Under the pieces are notes generated by a model. It was not told where the DNA came from, searched no databases, and worked only from the letters and a program-made list of their open reading frames with translations. From a virus (Duplodnaviria > Caudoviricetes), in IMG/VR virus record IMGVR_UViG_3300017978_000301, positions 1 to 45,482 of that record: a DNA stretch of 45,482 nucleotides; one strand, written 5' to 3'. Both the position numbers and the translations under genes were made by a program. Numbering within the stretch: the first letter of the stretch is position 1; each line of letters starts with the position of its first letter. Positions 5,066-13,360 of the stretch are shown here, piece after piece.

Positions 5066-5504
5066 GGCGTAAATACTCCGCTAACAACAATGCCTCTGCC
5101 CTGCCGTTGTCTTTTTTACGCGACAGTGGTGCATTAGGCCAAAGCTCTCGCGCCAGCTCCAAAGAATGGTTTTTGTCTGAATCGAGTTTTAAAGCCTTTT
5201 TCCACTTCTGAGGGGTAACCAGATGCCAAGGACAATTGAAGCGCTCTGTGATCGCTATAGCGGCTCCAAAGGCCATTCCAAACTTAAAGCTGGAGCTGAC
5301 ACCTTGGCCCGGCATCGAATGAACGGATTCAAGGATGATTTCTAGGTCTTGTTTGTCAACAGCTTGGCTTATTTCTGCGTAGACAAGTCTAGACAGAATG
5401 TGCTTCTCGTTGTGCAACATGTCGCCACAAGATTGGTATTTGCCATTGTGGTCAATCAAGCCCCAAGCACCTGTGTAGCCGGGGTCTATGCCTAGATACA
5501 TCAT
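5052..5504 (-). CDS. ruvC: RuvC-like Holliday junction resolvase
   Basis: GIDPG, ILESV, SSFKFG, VTPQKWKK, DNGRAEALLLA motifs. Confidence 0.85.
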   Translation of the reverse strand: MMYLGIDPGYTGAWGLIDHNGKYQSCGDMLHNEKHILSRLVYAEISQAVDKQDLEIILESVHSMPGQGVSSSFKFGMAFGAAIAITERFNCPWHLVTPQKWKKALKLDSDKNHSLELARELWPNAPLSRKKDNGRAEALLLAEYLRREQQ

Positions 5505-5800
5505 GCTTCATCCCTTTCGTTTAACCAGCGTCCAAACTTACTAAGTTCTGGCATGTTATTTTGAAAATCAAAAGAAGCTTTCTCGTTCAGGCTTTTAACA
5601 CCATTTTCCAAGTCAGACATGACGCAACTCCAAAACTCGTCAGCAATAGCCTCACGCTCTTTAGCTGCTACGTCTTCTGCAAAGCCTAAAAGCAATTCAG
5701 ATATGTCAACGTCTTCAATAAACGGTGATGTGATAGTTCCTTCATCGTTCTTGTAAAAGCCGTTTGATACAGCCATCTCAATGATTTCATCTTGTGTCAT
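5501..5800 (-). CDS. Hypothetical protein (MTQDEIIEMA...AAKEREA type)
   Basis: Coupled ORF with common phage accessory motif. Confidence 0.7.
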   Translation of the reverse strand: MTQDEIIEMAVSNGFYKNDEGTITSPFIEDVDISELLLGFAEDVAAKEREAIADEFWSCVMSDLENGVKSLNEKASFDFQNNMPELSKFGRWLNERDEA

Positions 5801-6276
5801 GCGGCCTCCATTGGTTCAATACGGCGCATCTTGTTATGGATGTACTCTTTGTTGATCTGGTCCAAAGCCTCTTCCATCTTTCGAACAGGGCAGTTTCTCA
5901 GTTGTTCATCATGCAGCTCAAGGATGGTCTGCACAATGCCCATCTCTTCACCTGTGAACAAGAACTTCTTGCCACTGATGCCACGCTGGGCCATTGCATA
6001 GATAGCGTCTTGGGCTTCATGTATCTCTGGCAACCAATCACGACCAAGCTGGAGGTTTGCCAAAGCTTCTGCCATGTTGACCATGTGAATCAAGAAATCA
6101 ACGTGCTGCCTGTCGCCTCGACCAGCACGAATCTCGTCAAAGGCTACGTGGTTGCGTAGAAGCAGCTTAGTGCCAGCGTCTGGTACGTCTGCTACCTTCT
6201 TGAATCCAGAGATTACCCATGTCATAGCATCCAAGCGAACGCCTTTGGGTTTGTATTTTTTACGTGGTTTGCTCAT
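5797..6276 (-). CDS. Hypothetical phage protein
   Basis: Coupled ORF; basic N-terminus KPRKKYKPK. Confidence 0.75.
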   Translation of the reverse strand: MSKPRKKYKPKGVRLDAMTWVISGFKKVADVPDAGTKLLLRNHVAFDEIRAGRGDRQHVDFLIHMVNMAEALANLQLGRDWLPEIHEAQDAIYAMAQRGISGKKFLFTGEEMGIVQTILELHDEQLRNCPVRKMEEALDQINKEYIHNKMRRIEPMEAA

Positions 6277-6548
6277 TTTTCAACTCCTTCAATTTCATTG
6301 CTATTTCTTTTCCTATCCCAATCCATAGACCACTTGAATCCGCCTCCAATTCCCGCGTCCTCCAACGAGCTTGACCTAACGTAGCAGGACTGAGGGCCAT
6401 CTGTGCGTAGTGGTCTACAAGATGTTGGCGAGAGCTTGTTAATGTCCAAGTCTCCAGTTGTATAGAGGGCTTCATTGATCTTTCCTTGCGAGAAGTACAT
6501 CCCCATTTTTACTTGGTTCAATATCGCGTGTGCAGTACCTTTATCCAT
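6273..6548 (-). CDS. Hypothetical protein (overlapping alternative frame 6260-6475 also plausible)
   Basis: Coupled to initiator stop; ALYTTGDL motif. Confidence 0.6.
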   Translation of the reverse strand: MDKGTAHAILNQVKMGMYFSQGKINEALYTTGDLDINKLSPTSCRPLRTDGPQSCYVRSSSLEDAGIGGGFKWSMDWDRKRNSNEIEGVEK

Positions 6549-7335
6549 TTTTTAACTCCTGACGCAAAGCAGCCAATCGTTGTAATGTCTCCAAGGACGG
6601 GGCGGCAGCTTTCTTTGCATCTTCATCCAGCTTCACAAGAGCAGGGTCTTTTTCTTTGCTACTCGGCACGGTGGTGGTTATAGCGTCATACTTGTTGAAC
6701 GGTTGTTTTACAGCAGCGATCTCGTACAAATCTTGCCAACTGCTTGTGATGGACCGTTCAAGAATCTCTTTGACATCTTGACCCTTCTCACGAAACCCAT
6801 TCAGCTTGTTGATCAACAGCTTTACTGCATAGTCGGTTGGAGGCTTCTTGATACGCTTACGCATAGACAGATATGCTTGCCAAGTTTCCAAAGGTAACCA
6901 ATCTGGTAAAATAATAGCAACGTCAGTTGCCTCTTTCTTTGTTTCTTGTTTCTTGTTTATTGTTTCTTGTTTTATGTTTGGTTGAACGTCCGTTGCAACG
7001 TCCGTTGAACGGTTGCCTAACCTACGTTCAGCGGATGCTTTACCAGCGCGTGACGCTTGTTCAATTTTTGAATGGTAATGTGCTATTTCTTTGTCAGCAC
7101 GGGCATTGACATAGCCTTCTTCAGTTTGTTCAAAGAACTCATTGAGGACATCACGAACAGTTGCAGCGTCATCCCTCATACCAATCTGTTTGGCAACAAG
7201 TGAGGCATCGCCACTCAATGGACGCTCATGAAGGTAGTACAGGTCAAGAATCCTGCGATAGGCCAAATCCTCAAGCAAGTCGAGGTGGCGCGTATGGGAA
7301 GCATAGTCCCCAATGTTGAATTGGTAATAGTGCAT
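6541..7335 (-). CDS. YdaU/DUF1376-family replication initiator
   Basis: MHYYQFNIGDYASHTRHL...AYRRILDLYY, RADKEI, ASRAGKASA; C-terminal LPDWLP..W..Y..MR domain. Confidence 0.85.
   Translation of the reverse strand: MHYYQFNIGDYASHTRHLDLLEDLAYRRILDLYYLHERPLSGDASLVAKQIGMRDDAATVRDVLNEFFEQTEEGYVNARADKEIAHYHSKIEQASRAGKASAERRLGNRSTDVATDVQPNIKQETINKKQETKKEATDVAIILPDWLPLETWQAYLSMRKRIKKPPTDYAVKLLINKLNGFREKGQDVKEILERSITSSWQDLYEIAAVKQPFNKYDAITTTVPSSKEKDPALVKLDEDAKKAAAPSLETLQRLAALRQELKNG
6915..7030. promoter_or_regulatory. Putative replication origin inside the initiator gene
   Basis: AACGTC(C/A)GTT iteron-like palindromes at 6919, 6985 and 6997 flank a T-rich TTTCTTG repeat tract, as in the lambda O/ori layout. 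Confidence 0.6.
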
Positions 7336-7351
7336 ATAGCCCGCTTTTTCA

Positions 7352-7434
7352 AAGCCCCTTAGACAAAGAAACTGCGGCAGGAGAAGGGGTAACTCTTTTC
7401 GATCTGCTCATGACTTCAGACCTAGCCGTGTTTC
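7352..7434 (-). promoter_or_regulatory. Structured 5' leader of the initiator gene
   Basis: GAAAC-ACGGC-UAGG...CCU-GCCG-CA-GUUUC stem with inner hairpin; internal CCCCUU complementary to downstream AAGGGG. Confidence 0.45.
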
Positions 7435-7450
7435 AAACTACTATATCACA

Positions 7451-7600
7451 TTAATTGAACCACAGGTAGAACCCGTGCAAAATTCCGATGGGAAAAAAGA
7501 TAGCGCCAGCTACCAAGAACCCCCAAAAGCCGTGAGCAAAGCAAGTGAAGATGTGAGTCAACCATGCTGCAAAACAAAGCAATCCAATAATCTGTCCCAT
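7451..7600 (-). CDS. 49-aa two-TM membrane protein (not in ORF track)
   Basis: MGQIIGLLCFAAWLTHIFTC...GAIFFPIGILHGFYLWFN; TAATG coupling. Confidence 0.65.
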   Translation of the reverse strand: MGQIIGLLCFAAWLTHIFTCFAHGFWGFLVAGAIFFPIGILHGFYLWFN

Positions 7601-7791
7601 TATTTGCGCTCCAATGTATCAATGCAATCTTCTACCCATGCTTTGATTTTTTTGTGACGTTTCCAATATTGCTCTTGATTCCCGTTGTAACTGCCATCTT
7701 CTTCAGCAACCATGCAGTAATCATATAAATGCCTGAAATCAGCCAATGTCAAAGGCTTGATCTTTGTTTTCTTTTCAAATACAACTTCCAT
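7600..7791 (-). CDS. Hypothetical protein
   Basis: Packed ORF with SD. Confidence 0.6.
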   Translation of the reverse strand: MEVVFEKKTKIKPLTLADFRHLYDYCMVAEEDGSYNGNQEQYWKRHKKIKAWVEDCIDTLERK

Positions 7792-7792
7792 G

Positions 7793-7966
7793 CTATTCCC
7801 CTGTAATGATTTTTGGAGCTTGTTCTTGGGCTTGTAGTTGACCTACAAACTCAATGAACATCTTTGCAATAGTGCTTGCACCAGAGTCATCAGGCGCGTC
7901 TGAAACGATACGGATGCCCAAAGTACCGTCTTCTTTGTCTGTCAAGATGATGTTGACTTCACTCAT
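7793..7966 (-). CDS. Hypothetical protein (start likely MSEVN)
   Basis: GGAG SD before internal Met. Confidence 0.55.
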   Translation of the reverse strand: MSEVNIILTDKEDGTLGIRIVSDAPDDSGASTIAKMFIEFVGQLQAQEQAPKIITGE

Positions 7967-8141
7967 GCTCTTTCTCCAAAGGAATGTCGCGCCATTCGCC
8001 AAAGTGGTGTTGAAACTCTGGCTCAGTGCCAGTCACTGTCCACCATTGCTGAAGGATGCGAACAGTTTTACCAATACCTTCGCCATATTCAGGCGCAGGT
8101 ACTACGCGTTCTATAAAACGTAATCTAGCTGTTGGTGTCAT
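7959..8141 (-). CDS. Hypothetical protein (MTPTARLRF...ILQQWW...GEWRDIP)
   Basis: Recurring small phage protein motif; packed ORF. Confidence 0.65.
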   Translation of the reverse strand: MTPTARLRFIERVVPAPEYGEGIGKTVRILQQWWTVTGTEPEFQHHFGEWRDIPLEKEHE

Positions 8142-8143
8142 TT

Positions 8144-8326
8144 TTAAATTTCCTTTGGGTTGTATCCACGTTCACGCAAAAACTTGTCAATCAGCTTATG
8201 TACTAAGTTTTCTAAATGCTCAGGTACTCGGCGTTCAACGTAAGTTGTTTTAACTTTTTCTTCGCTTGCAGCGTATTGCGTAATCATTTGACCTTCGCAT
8301 TTCGCAGGAACTTCATGTAGATTCAT
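8144..8326 (-). CDS. Hypothetical protein (start likely MNLHE)
   Basis: GGAG SD before internal Met. Confidence 0.5.
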   Translation of the reverse strand: MNLHEVPAKCEGQMITQYAASEEKVKTTYVERRVPEHLENLVHKLIDKFLRERGYNPKEI

Positions 8327-8648
8327 TTTTGTACTCCAATTCCAATAACAATTCGCAGTAATGGATGACCTTACGGATGTCCTCTGCACCATTCTTTTCT
8401 TTGTGACGGGTGATGTACTTGACTACATTACCTTCGCAGAACCCAAGCTTGTTGGCATGGATGTAGACAATAGGCTGGATAGCATTGTCTTTGTAATGTT
8501 GACCGCCCTCTTGCCTTTGTAAAGCGGTTTTAGCCGATGGTTCAGGTTGTAATTTAGGCTCCCAACGTGAATAAGCTTTGCAAGATGCGCATGGATTTTC
8601 ACTTCCATGCAATTTCTCATATTTGCAATTGCTACATTCACGCATCAC
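8313..8648 (-). CDS. DUF3310-family protein
   Basis: QEGGQHYK, IQP, GFCEGNVVKYITR..KNGAEDIRK..HY. Confidence 0.8.
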   Translation of the reverse strand: MMRECSNCKYEKLHGSENPCASCKAYSRWEPKLQPEPSAKTALQRQEGGQHYKDNAIQPIVYIHANKLGFCEGNVVKYITRHKEKNGAEDIRKVIHYCELLLELEYKNEST

Positions 8649-8953
8649 GACTCCTTGACAAAGATACCTTCGGCATTCATGTAGCCACGGCGGTCTTTGA
8701 TCTGGTGATAGGCTGCTTCAAGGCAGTCAGTCAGGTTGACATCCATCAAAGCACAGACGTTAATCAGGCACACCATAGTGTCACCAATAGCATCTATGGC
8801 CTCTACACGGTCATCATTACGTAATGCGTCTACCAACTCGTTGATCTCTTCTACAGCCTTGATTGACTGTGCAAAGGGTGTGCTGTTTGGCACGATCTTG
8901 CGAGCCTCAGACCACTGCAAGACCTTCATTTCCAATTCTGCGTAACTACTCAT
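8645..8953 (-). CDS. mazG: MazG-like nucleotide pyrophosphohydrolase
   Basis: KAVEEINEL, DAIGD, AYHQIKDRRG...G.FVKE; start moved to MSSY. Confidence 0.85.
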   Translation of the reverse strand: MSSYAELEMKVLQWSEARKIVPNSTPFAQSIKAVEEINELVDALRNDDRVEAIDAIGDTMVCLINVCALMDVNLTDCLEAAYHQIKDRRGYMNAEGIFVKES

Positions 8954-8957
8954 TTCT

Positions 8958-9170
8958 TTACTCCCAATGTGGTTTACCGTTAAATTCATGTTGGCATTGA
9001 CAGCATATGCTGTATGTAATGCTTGAATCGCCTACTGATGGGTTTAGGCGATACGTGTCGTATTCCTCAGAGCCACAAGCAGGGCAGCTTTCTTTTTTAT
9101 CAAAAGCGCCACCCCAATTTGCTCTGACTTTGCCTGAGTCTTCTTTGCGTTTGCCACTACCTTTGCTCAT
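8958..9170 (-). CDS. Small Zn-ribbon protein
   Basis: MSKGSGKR, CPAC...CCQC. Confidence 0.55.
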   Translation of the reverse strand: MSKGSGKRKEDSGKVRANWGGAFDKKESCPACGSEEYDTYRLNPSVGDSSITYSICCQCQHEFNGKPHWE

Positions 9171-9207
9171 GCGTTCTCCAATAGCCAATCAACAATCAGC
9201 GCAACAA

Positions 9208-9393
9208 TCAGTATGCCCATTTGCAGTCCTGACTCATGCGGTACGAAATAGCAGCGCCCCAGACCATGCCAAACACAGCACACAAGATGCGGTAGTTCTC
9301 GGTCCAATCTGAAGGGCTAAAGCTCAGAGTGACAAATGCAAACATGAGGTAGACCACCAACCAAGCGATAGGGAAACCAATCATGTACTTCAT
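9208..9393 (-). CDS. Two-TM membrane protein
   Basis: Hydrophobic segments; GGAG SD. Confidence 0.65.
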   Translation of the reverse strand: MKYMIGFPIAWLVVYLMFAFVTLSFSPSDWTENYRILCAVFGMVWGAAISYRMSQDCKWAY

Positions 9394-9394
9394 G

Positions 9395-9559
9395 TCACTC
9401 TCCTTTGAACCATTCAGGCTTCATCTCTTTGAGCTGGAACACTCGCAGAGGTGGCACTTTGCCGGTCTTTTTCCACTGGTAAACAGAGGTTGGTGTCACG
9501 CCAAGCATCTTGGCAATGCGGTAACAGGTTGCGTATTTTTCTAAGTCTTCGATCTTCAT
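9395..9559 (-). CDS. cro: Cro-like HTH regulator, 54 aa (not in ORF track)
   Basis: IAKMLGVTPTSVYQWKKTGKVPPLRVFQL; GGAG SD; first gene of the leftward operon. Confidence 0.8.
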   Translation of the reverse strand: MKIEDLEKYATCYRIAKMLGVTPTSVYQWKKTGKVPPLRVFQLKEMKPEWFKGE

Positions 9560-9721
9560 GTGAACTCCAGTTGTTGAAGGTCGCTATAGTAAACCAAAAC
9601 TGTAGATAGGTTGATTGAGTTTATCTATTGAGTTGGTAACTTTGATAGAAATATAGTTGTTGCATACAGCTAAACTTAGATTACATTACTTCTACGCCAA
9701 CAATTTAATGAAAGGAAGGCT
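9560..9721. promoter_or_regulatory. Divergent promoter region
   Basis: AT-rich gap between divergent operons; rightward TTGCAT-16-TACATT (9660-9687). Confidence 0.6.
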
Positions 9722-9871
9722 ATGACAGAAATGGAAGTATGGCAACAAGGCCACAGTGCTGGACTCAACCTAGCGGTCAAGTTGATTAACGAATGGTGTG
9801 GGTTTGAATGCAAAACGATTTCTGAAGTGATTCAGGCAATCAACGAAATGAAAGAGGTAGCTCATGATTAA
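9722..9871 (+). CDS. 49-aa hypothetical protein (not in ORF track)
   Basis: AGGAAGG SD; MTEMEVWQQGHSAG... Confidence 0.6.
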   Translation: MTEMEVWQQGHSAGLNLAVKLINEWCGFECKTISEVIQAINEMKEVAHD

Positions 9872-10070
9872 GGTAGACATCTTCTCTGGTCGCGTTTACA
9901 CAGAGACACCAAACTTTAAACAGTCTGACACTGGCGATACGTTTGTGAAGTGTGGCAGCAATTGGTTTGGCACACAGGGTGAAGTCATCCAAGACCGTGG
10001 ACATGACTTGTTCAACATTAACACTGGCATTAGCTCCACCTTTGGTGACCCATTCAAGGAAGACAAATGA
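9864..10070 (+). CDS. Hypothetical protein
   Basis: GAGG SD; coupled. Confidence 0.65.
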   Translation: MIKVDIFSGRVYTETPNFKQSDTGDTFVKCGSNWFGTQGEVIQDRGHDLFNINTGISSTFGDPFKEDK

Positions 10071-10324
10071 CATACAAAGAAAAACTTGATTTCTGTCTTG
10101 ATGATGGAACAGAGTGCCAAATTGGAATTCTTAGCTACACAAAGGTCGATGGCAATTCCAGCACATGGGATAGCGACATGGACTACTACGGGTACGAAGA
10201 GTTTGAGTATGACTTGCTAGACATGGACGGCAAGCTTCTTAAATACGAGCCTACAGAAAATGAAGTTGAGCAGATTGAAGAAGCCATTCGTGATAACTGC
10301 AAGGACGATGACTATGACTATTGA
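10067..10324 (+). CDS. Highly acidic hypothetical protein
   Basis: D/E-rich, DMDYYGYEEFEYDLLD. Confidence 0.7.
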   Translation: MTYKEKLDFCLDDGTECQIGILSYTKVDGNSSTWDSDMDYYGYEEFEYDLLDMDGKLLKYEPTENEVEQIEEAIRDNCKDDDYDY

Positions 10325-10493
10325 AGACCTCAACCCAACAACACGATGCTATCCACGGGAACTGCGTACAGCTTTTCCGTTTGACTACCCTGTCATAGAG
10401 CATTACAAACGCCCTCCTAATAAGAATTATGTTGTTAGAACTCTATTAATCCTCGGCATAATTGCTGTCTCAATCGCAATCAAGGTAATCTAA
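10308..10493 (+). CDS. Small protein with C-terminal TM (NPTTRCYPR motif)
   Basis: AGGA SD; coupled; start approximate. Confidence 0.55.
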   Translation: MTMTIEDLNPTTRCYPRELRTAFPFDYPVIEHYKRPPNKNYVVRTLLILGIIAVSIAIKVI

Positions 10494-10723
10494 TGGAATG
10501 GCAAGACAACTTCACCACATGGAACCTAAAGACAGGTCAGTATGTGCGTCACATCAAGTTTGATGACATCAAACTAATCCTCCTCTACCACCGCATCTAC
10601 GAGAACATGTTCTCCATTGACGAGATTCAAACCGTTGATGGAACCAACATCATGAACTTGGTGCGCGATAGAACAATTGAACGCTTGGAAAATATTTTGC
10701 AAAGGGAATCCAATGAAATCTAA
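10493..10723 (+). CDS. Hypothetical protein
   Basis: TAATG coupling. Confidence 0.65.
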   Translation: MEWQDNFTTWNLKTGQYVRHIKFDDIKLILLYHRIYENMFSIDEIQTVDGTNIMNLVRDRTIERLENILQRESNEI

Positions 10724-10919
10724 AAGCTTGTACGAGGCCATCCGTGCCGAATTTTTGGAATCAGATCAGAAATACTGTTGCTATTGCTGCCAACCACAAG
10801 AGGGCTTTAGCTGTTGCCAAGAGAACCACTTTGTGACTTTTGGCGATCTGTACGAAGAAGACCAAAAAGAAATCATCAACGAAGAATTTGACAAAGCATA
10901 CGCAAAGGGAAACAAATGA
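10713..10919 (+). CDS. Cys-rich small protein (CCYCC...CCQENHF)
   Basis: AGGG SD before MKSKS. Confidence 0.65.
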   Translation: MKSKSLYEAIRAEFLESDQKYCCYCCQPQEGFSCCQENHFVTFGDLYEEDQKEIINEEFDKAYAKGNK

Positions 10920-11305
10920 CCGTACCGTTAATCATCTATTTCGTAGAAGTCCTTGACAAGATTTCTTGTGCATTGACATTCATATTTATCATTGCTTTTC
11001 TTGGTGCGATAGTTAGCCTAATCGTCTGGTCATTTAATGCAGACATGAGTAAGTTTGGCAATGACTATGCAACAAAAGCAGCATCCGCTAAGAAAATGCT
11101 TAAAGGCATTGTCATTGTGATGTGTGTAACTGGAATACTTGACATCATCATCCCATCAAAGAAGACGATCTATTTGATGATTGGTGGCTACGCTGCTGAA
11201 TCAATTTATGAATCGCCTGAAGCAAAAGCATTTGGCAACAAAGTATTGAACATCGTAAACAACAAGCTTGATGAGCTTGAGCAATCAACCAAGGAAAAGA
11301 AATGA
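10916..11305 (+). CDS. Two-TM membrane protein
   Basis: Two hydrophobic helices and IPSKKTIYLM motif. Confidence 0.75.
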   Translation: MTVPLIIYFVEVLDKISCALTFIFIIAFLGAIVSLIVWSFNADMSKFGNDYATKAASAKKMLKGIVIVMCVTGILDIIIPSKKTIYLMIGGYAAESIYESPEAKAFGNKVLNIVNNKLDELEQSTKEKK

Positions 11306-11919
11306 ACGTCTATCAAAAGCTGAATGAAGCACGAGCAAAGTTTCACACATCCAAACTCAAGAAGTCTGGTCACAACAAGTTTGCCAACTACTACTACTTT
11401 GAGCTGGGTGACTTCATCATTCCAGCATTGGAAATATTCAATGAACTTGGCTTGACATCCATCATCAGTTTTGGCACTGAGAACGCAGTTATGGAGATTG
11501 TCAACACTGAGAAGCCAGAAGAGAAAGTATTCATCACTTCGCCTATGTCTAGCGCCGCTTTAAAGGGCTGTCATGAGGTCCAAAACCTTGGGGCAGTACA
11601 AACATACCTGCGCCGCTATTTGTGGGTTGCAGCGCTTGAGATTGTTGAACACGATGCGCTAGACGCTACAACAGGCCGCAAGGGTGATGCCCCCATCATT
11701 ACTCCAAAGGGTGGGATTGGCGATGACCTGCCAGACTCAGACAAAGAATTTTTGCAAGAGACAGCACAGTCAGTAGAAGACTTGTGCAAAGCTGGCAAAG
11801 CATCGGACGCATTAGCAATGGTCGATGAAATGGCACTGGAATCTGATCAGAAGGTATATCTGTTCGGCTTCTTGTCTGCACCAACACGGGCAGCTCTTAA
11901 AAAAGCAAAGCCTGTTTAA
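11302..11919 (+). CDS. erf: ERF-family ssDNA annealing protein
   Basis: KSGHNKFANYYYFELGDF; LGAVQTYLRRY; DALD. Confidence 0.8.
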   Translation: MNVYQKLNEARAKFHTSKLKKSGHNKFANYYYFELGDFIIPALEIFNELGLTSIISFGTENAVMEIVNTEKPEEKVFITSPMSSAALKGCHEVQNLGAVQTYLRRYLWVAALEIVEHDALDATTGRKGDAPIITPKGGIGDDLPDSDKEFLQETAQSVEDLCKAGKASDALAMVDEMALESDQKVYLFGFLSAPTRAALKKAKPV

Positions 11920-11936
11920 TTAACTAAGGAAATCAA

Positions 11937-12200
11937 ATGGCAGAGTTCGACAATACAAACCGTGGTGTACTTTTCAACAACAAAGAAAAGAAGACCCAAG
12001 ACAGCCACCCTGACTACAGTGGCTCCATTAACTTCAATGGCGTTGACTGCTGGTTAAGCGGTTGGATCAAGGAAAGCAAAGATGGCAAGAAGTTCTTCTC
12101 CTTGTCTGTCAAGCCTAAAGAACAGCAAGCACGTTCGGTTGAGCAGCCTACTCGCAAGGCTCCAATCAATGACTTGCCTGATGACGATTTGCCATTCTGA
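11937..12200 (+). CDS. ssb: Small ssDNA-binding protein
   Basis: GVLFNN, HPDYSG, WLSGW, FFSLSV and acidic DDDLPF tail. Confidence 0.75.
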   Translation: MAEFDNTNRGVLFNNKEKKTQDSHPDYSGSINFNGVDCWLSGWIKESKDGKKFFSLSVKPKEQQARSVEQPTRKAPINDLPDDDLPF

Positions 12201-12211
12201 TCTAACGGGGG

Positions 12212-12547
12212 ATGAACGTGCAATTAGATTTGTTCTCTAGTCCCCCTCCTTTAATGAACCCCAACAGAAACCCAATTGCCCCTGATTGCTTTCAGAGTTA
12301 CGAACAGTATGCTGAATGGCTACGGCTGGCAAGGCTTGCAAAAGAACCATGCAACATCTGCGAAGACTGCGTGATCTCTTACAAAATTAAAATGGTGGCT
12401 GAACAAAGATGTCATGAGCAATGGCATTCAGTTCAAGTCGTAATGCAAAAGAAGGTTGCTCCTGTCGTTGTCAAAGTAAAAGTTGATAAACAGAAGCCGC
12501 CAAAAAGAAAAGTAATGGAGATTCAAATTGACCCACTTTCTTGGTAA
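12212..12547 (+). CDS. Cys-containing hypothetical protein
   Basis: PDCF...W...CNICEDC...RC. Confidence 0.65.
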   Translation: MNVQLDLFSSPPPLMNPNRNPIAPDCFQSYEQYAEWLRLARLAKEPCNICEDCVISYKIKMVAEQRCHEQWHSVQVVMQKKVAPVVVKVKVDKQKPPKRKVMEIQIDPLSW

Positions 12548-12830
12548 ATTTTTCAAACGCGCACGTACCCTTGACCCGACAACCAGCCACGAAGCTGCTG
12601 TGTCAATCAAAGAGGTTGCGCCAATTCACATGCAACGCATTCATGAGTGCCTTCACGAGCATGGCCCAATGGGTAAGGACTCTATTGCGATGGCTCTTGA
12701 CATGAATCCAAACCAAGTCTCACGCCGCTTGCCAGAGATGGCAAATTTCACACCTCCACTGGTAGAGCTGACAGGCAAAACAGTAACGTCAAACTCTGGT
12801 CGCCAAGAACGTGAATGGAGAGCGCTATGA
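12528..12830 (+). CDS. Winged-HTH protein
   Basis: ARTLDPTTSHEAA, QVSRRLPEM, SGRQEREW. Confidence 0.7.
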   Translation: MTHFLGKFFKRARTLDPTTSHEAAVSIKEVAPIHMQRIHECLHEHGPMGKDSIAMALDMNPNQVSRRLPEMANFTPPLVELTGKTVTSNSGRQEREWRAL

Positions 12831-13081
12831 AACAAATCAATGCGTTCCACAAAGACTACGTGGCAACCTATATGCCTGAGTTCATGTCAAACATCCGTAA
12901 AGAGTCAGCAGCAAAACTCAATGGTGAAAAGTATGGGTCCATAAACCGTGCCACCCGCGAAAGTGAAAAAGGCCATGCCGTGTTCACAATCGTTGCAAAA
13001 CCAAAGATCAAACGAGTCTCAACTGCACCTACTGATTTCTACATGTACTCAAGGGCTGGGATGCCTAAAGGGGTGAAGTAA
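12827..13081 (+). CDS. Hypothetical protein
   Basis: ATGA coupling at MKQINAFH. Confidence 0.6.
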   Translation: MKQINAFHKDYVATYMPEFMSNIRKESAAKLNGEKYGSINRATRESEKGHAVFTIVAKPKIKRVSTAPTDFYMYSRAGMPKGVK

Positions 13082-13174
13082 TGCAGAACGTACTAACAAT
13101 CATTGCTCTGCTTGTGCTTGGCGGTTTGTTGGTGGGTGCTGTAGTGCTTGCACTGCTGGCAATGTGGGGTAGCC

Positions 13175-13360
13175 ATGAGTGAGTTTGCTTACGTCATCCT
13201 TGAACGTGACGAAACAGGCACTGTCATTGATTCGCATGATGCAACCAGTGAAGTCCTGTTTCTCTACGCCATGATTGAGCGCCAAGAGCGCATCATTGAG
13301 AGTTACCGCAAAGACCTTGGGATAACTATCTTTGACCCGCCAAGCTTAACTAAGCACTGA
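13175..13360 (+). CDS. Hypothetical protein, last rightward gene; overlaps endolysin stop
   Basis: GGGG SD before MSEFAY. Confidence 0.5.
   Translation: MSEFAYVILERDETGTVIDSHDATSEVLFLYAMIERQERIIESYRKDLGITIFDPPSLTKH

Noticed and set aside
9600-9660. OxyR/LysR-like ATAG-N7-CTAT boxes
   Set aside because: Only partial matches in AT-rich DNA; spacing not convincing.
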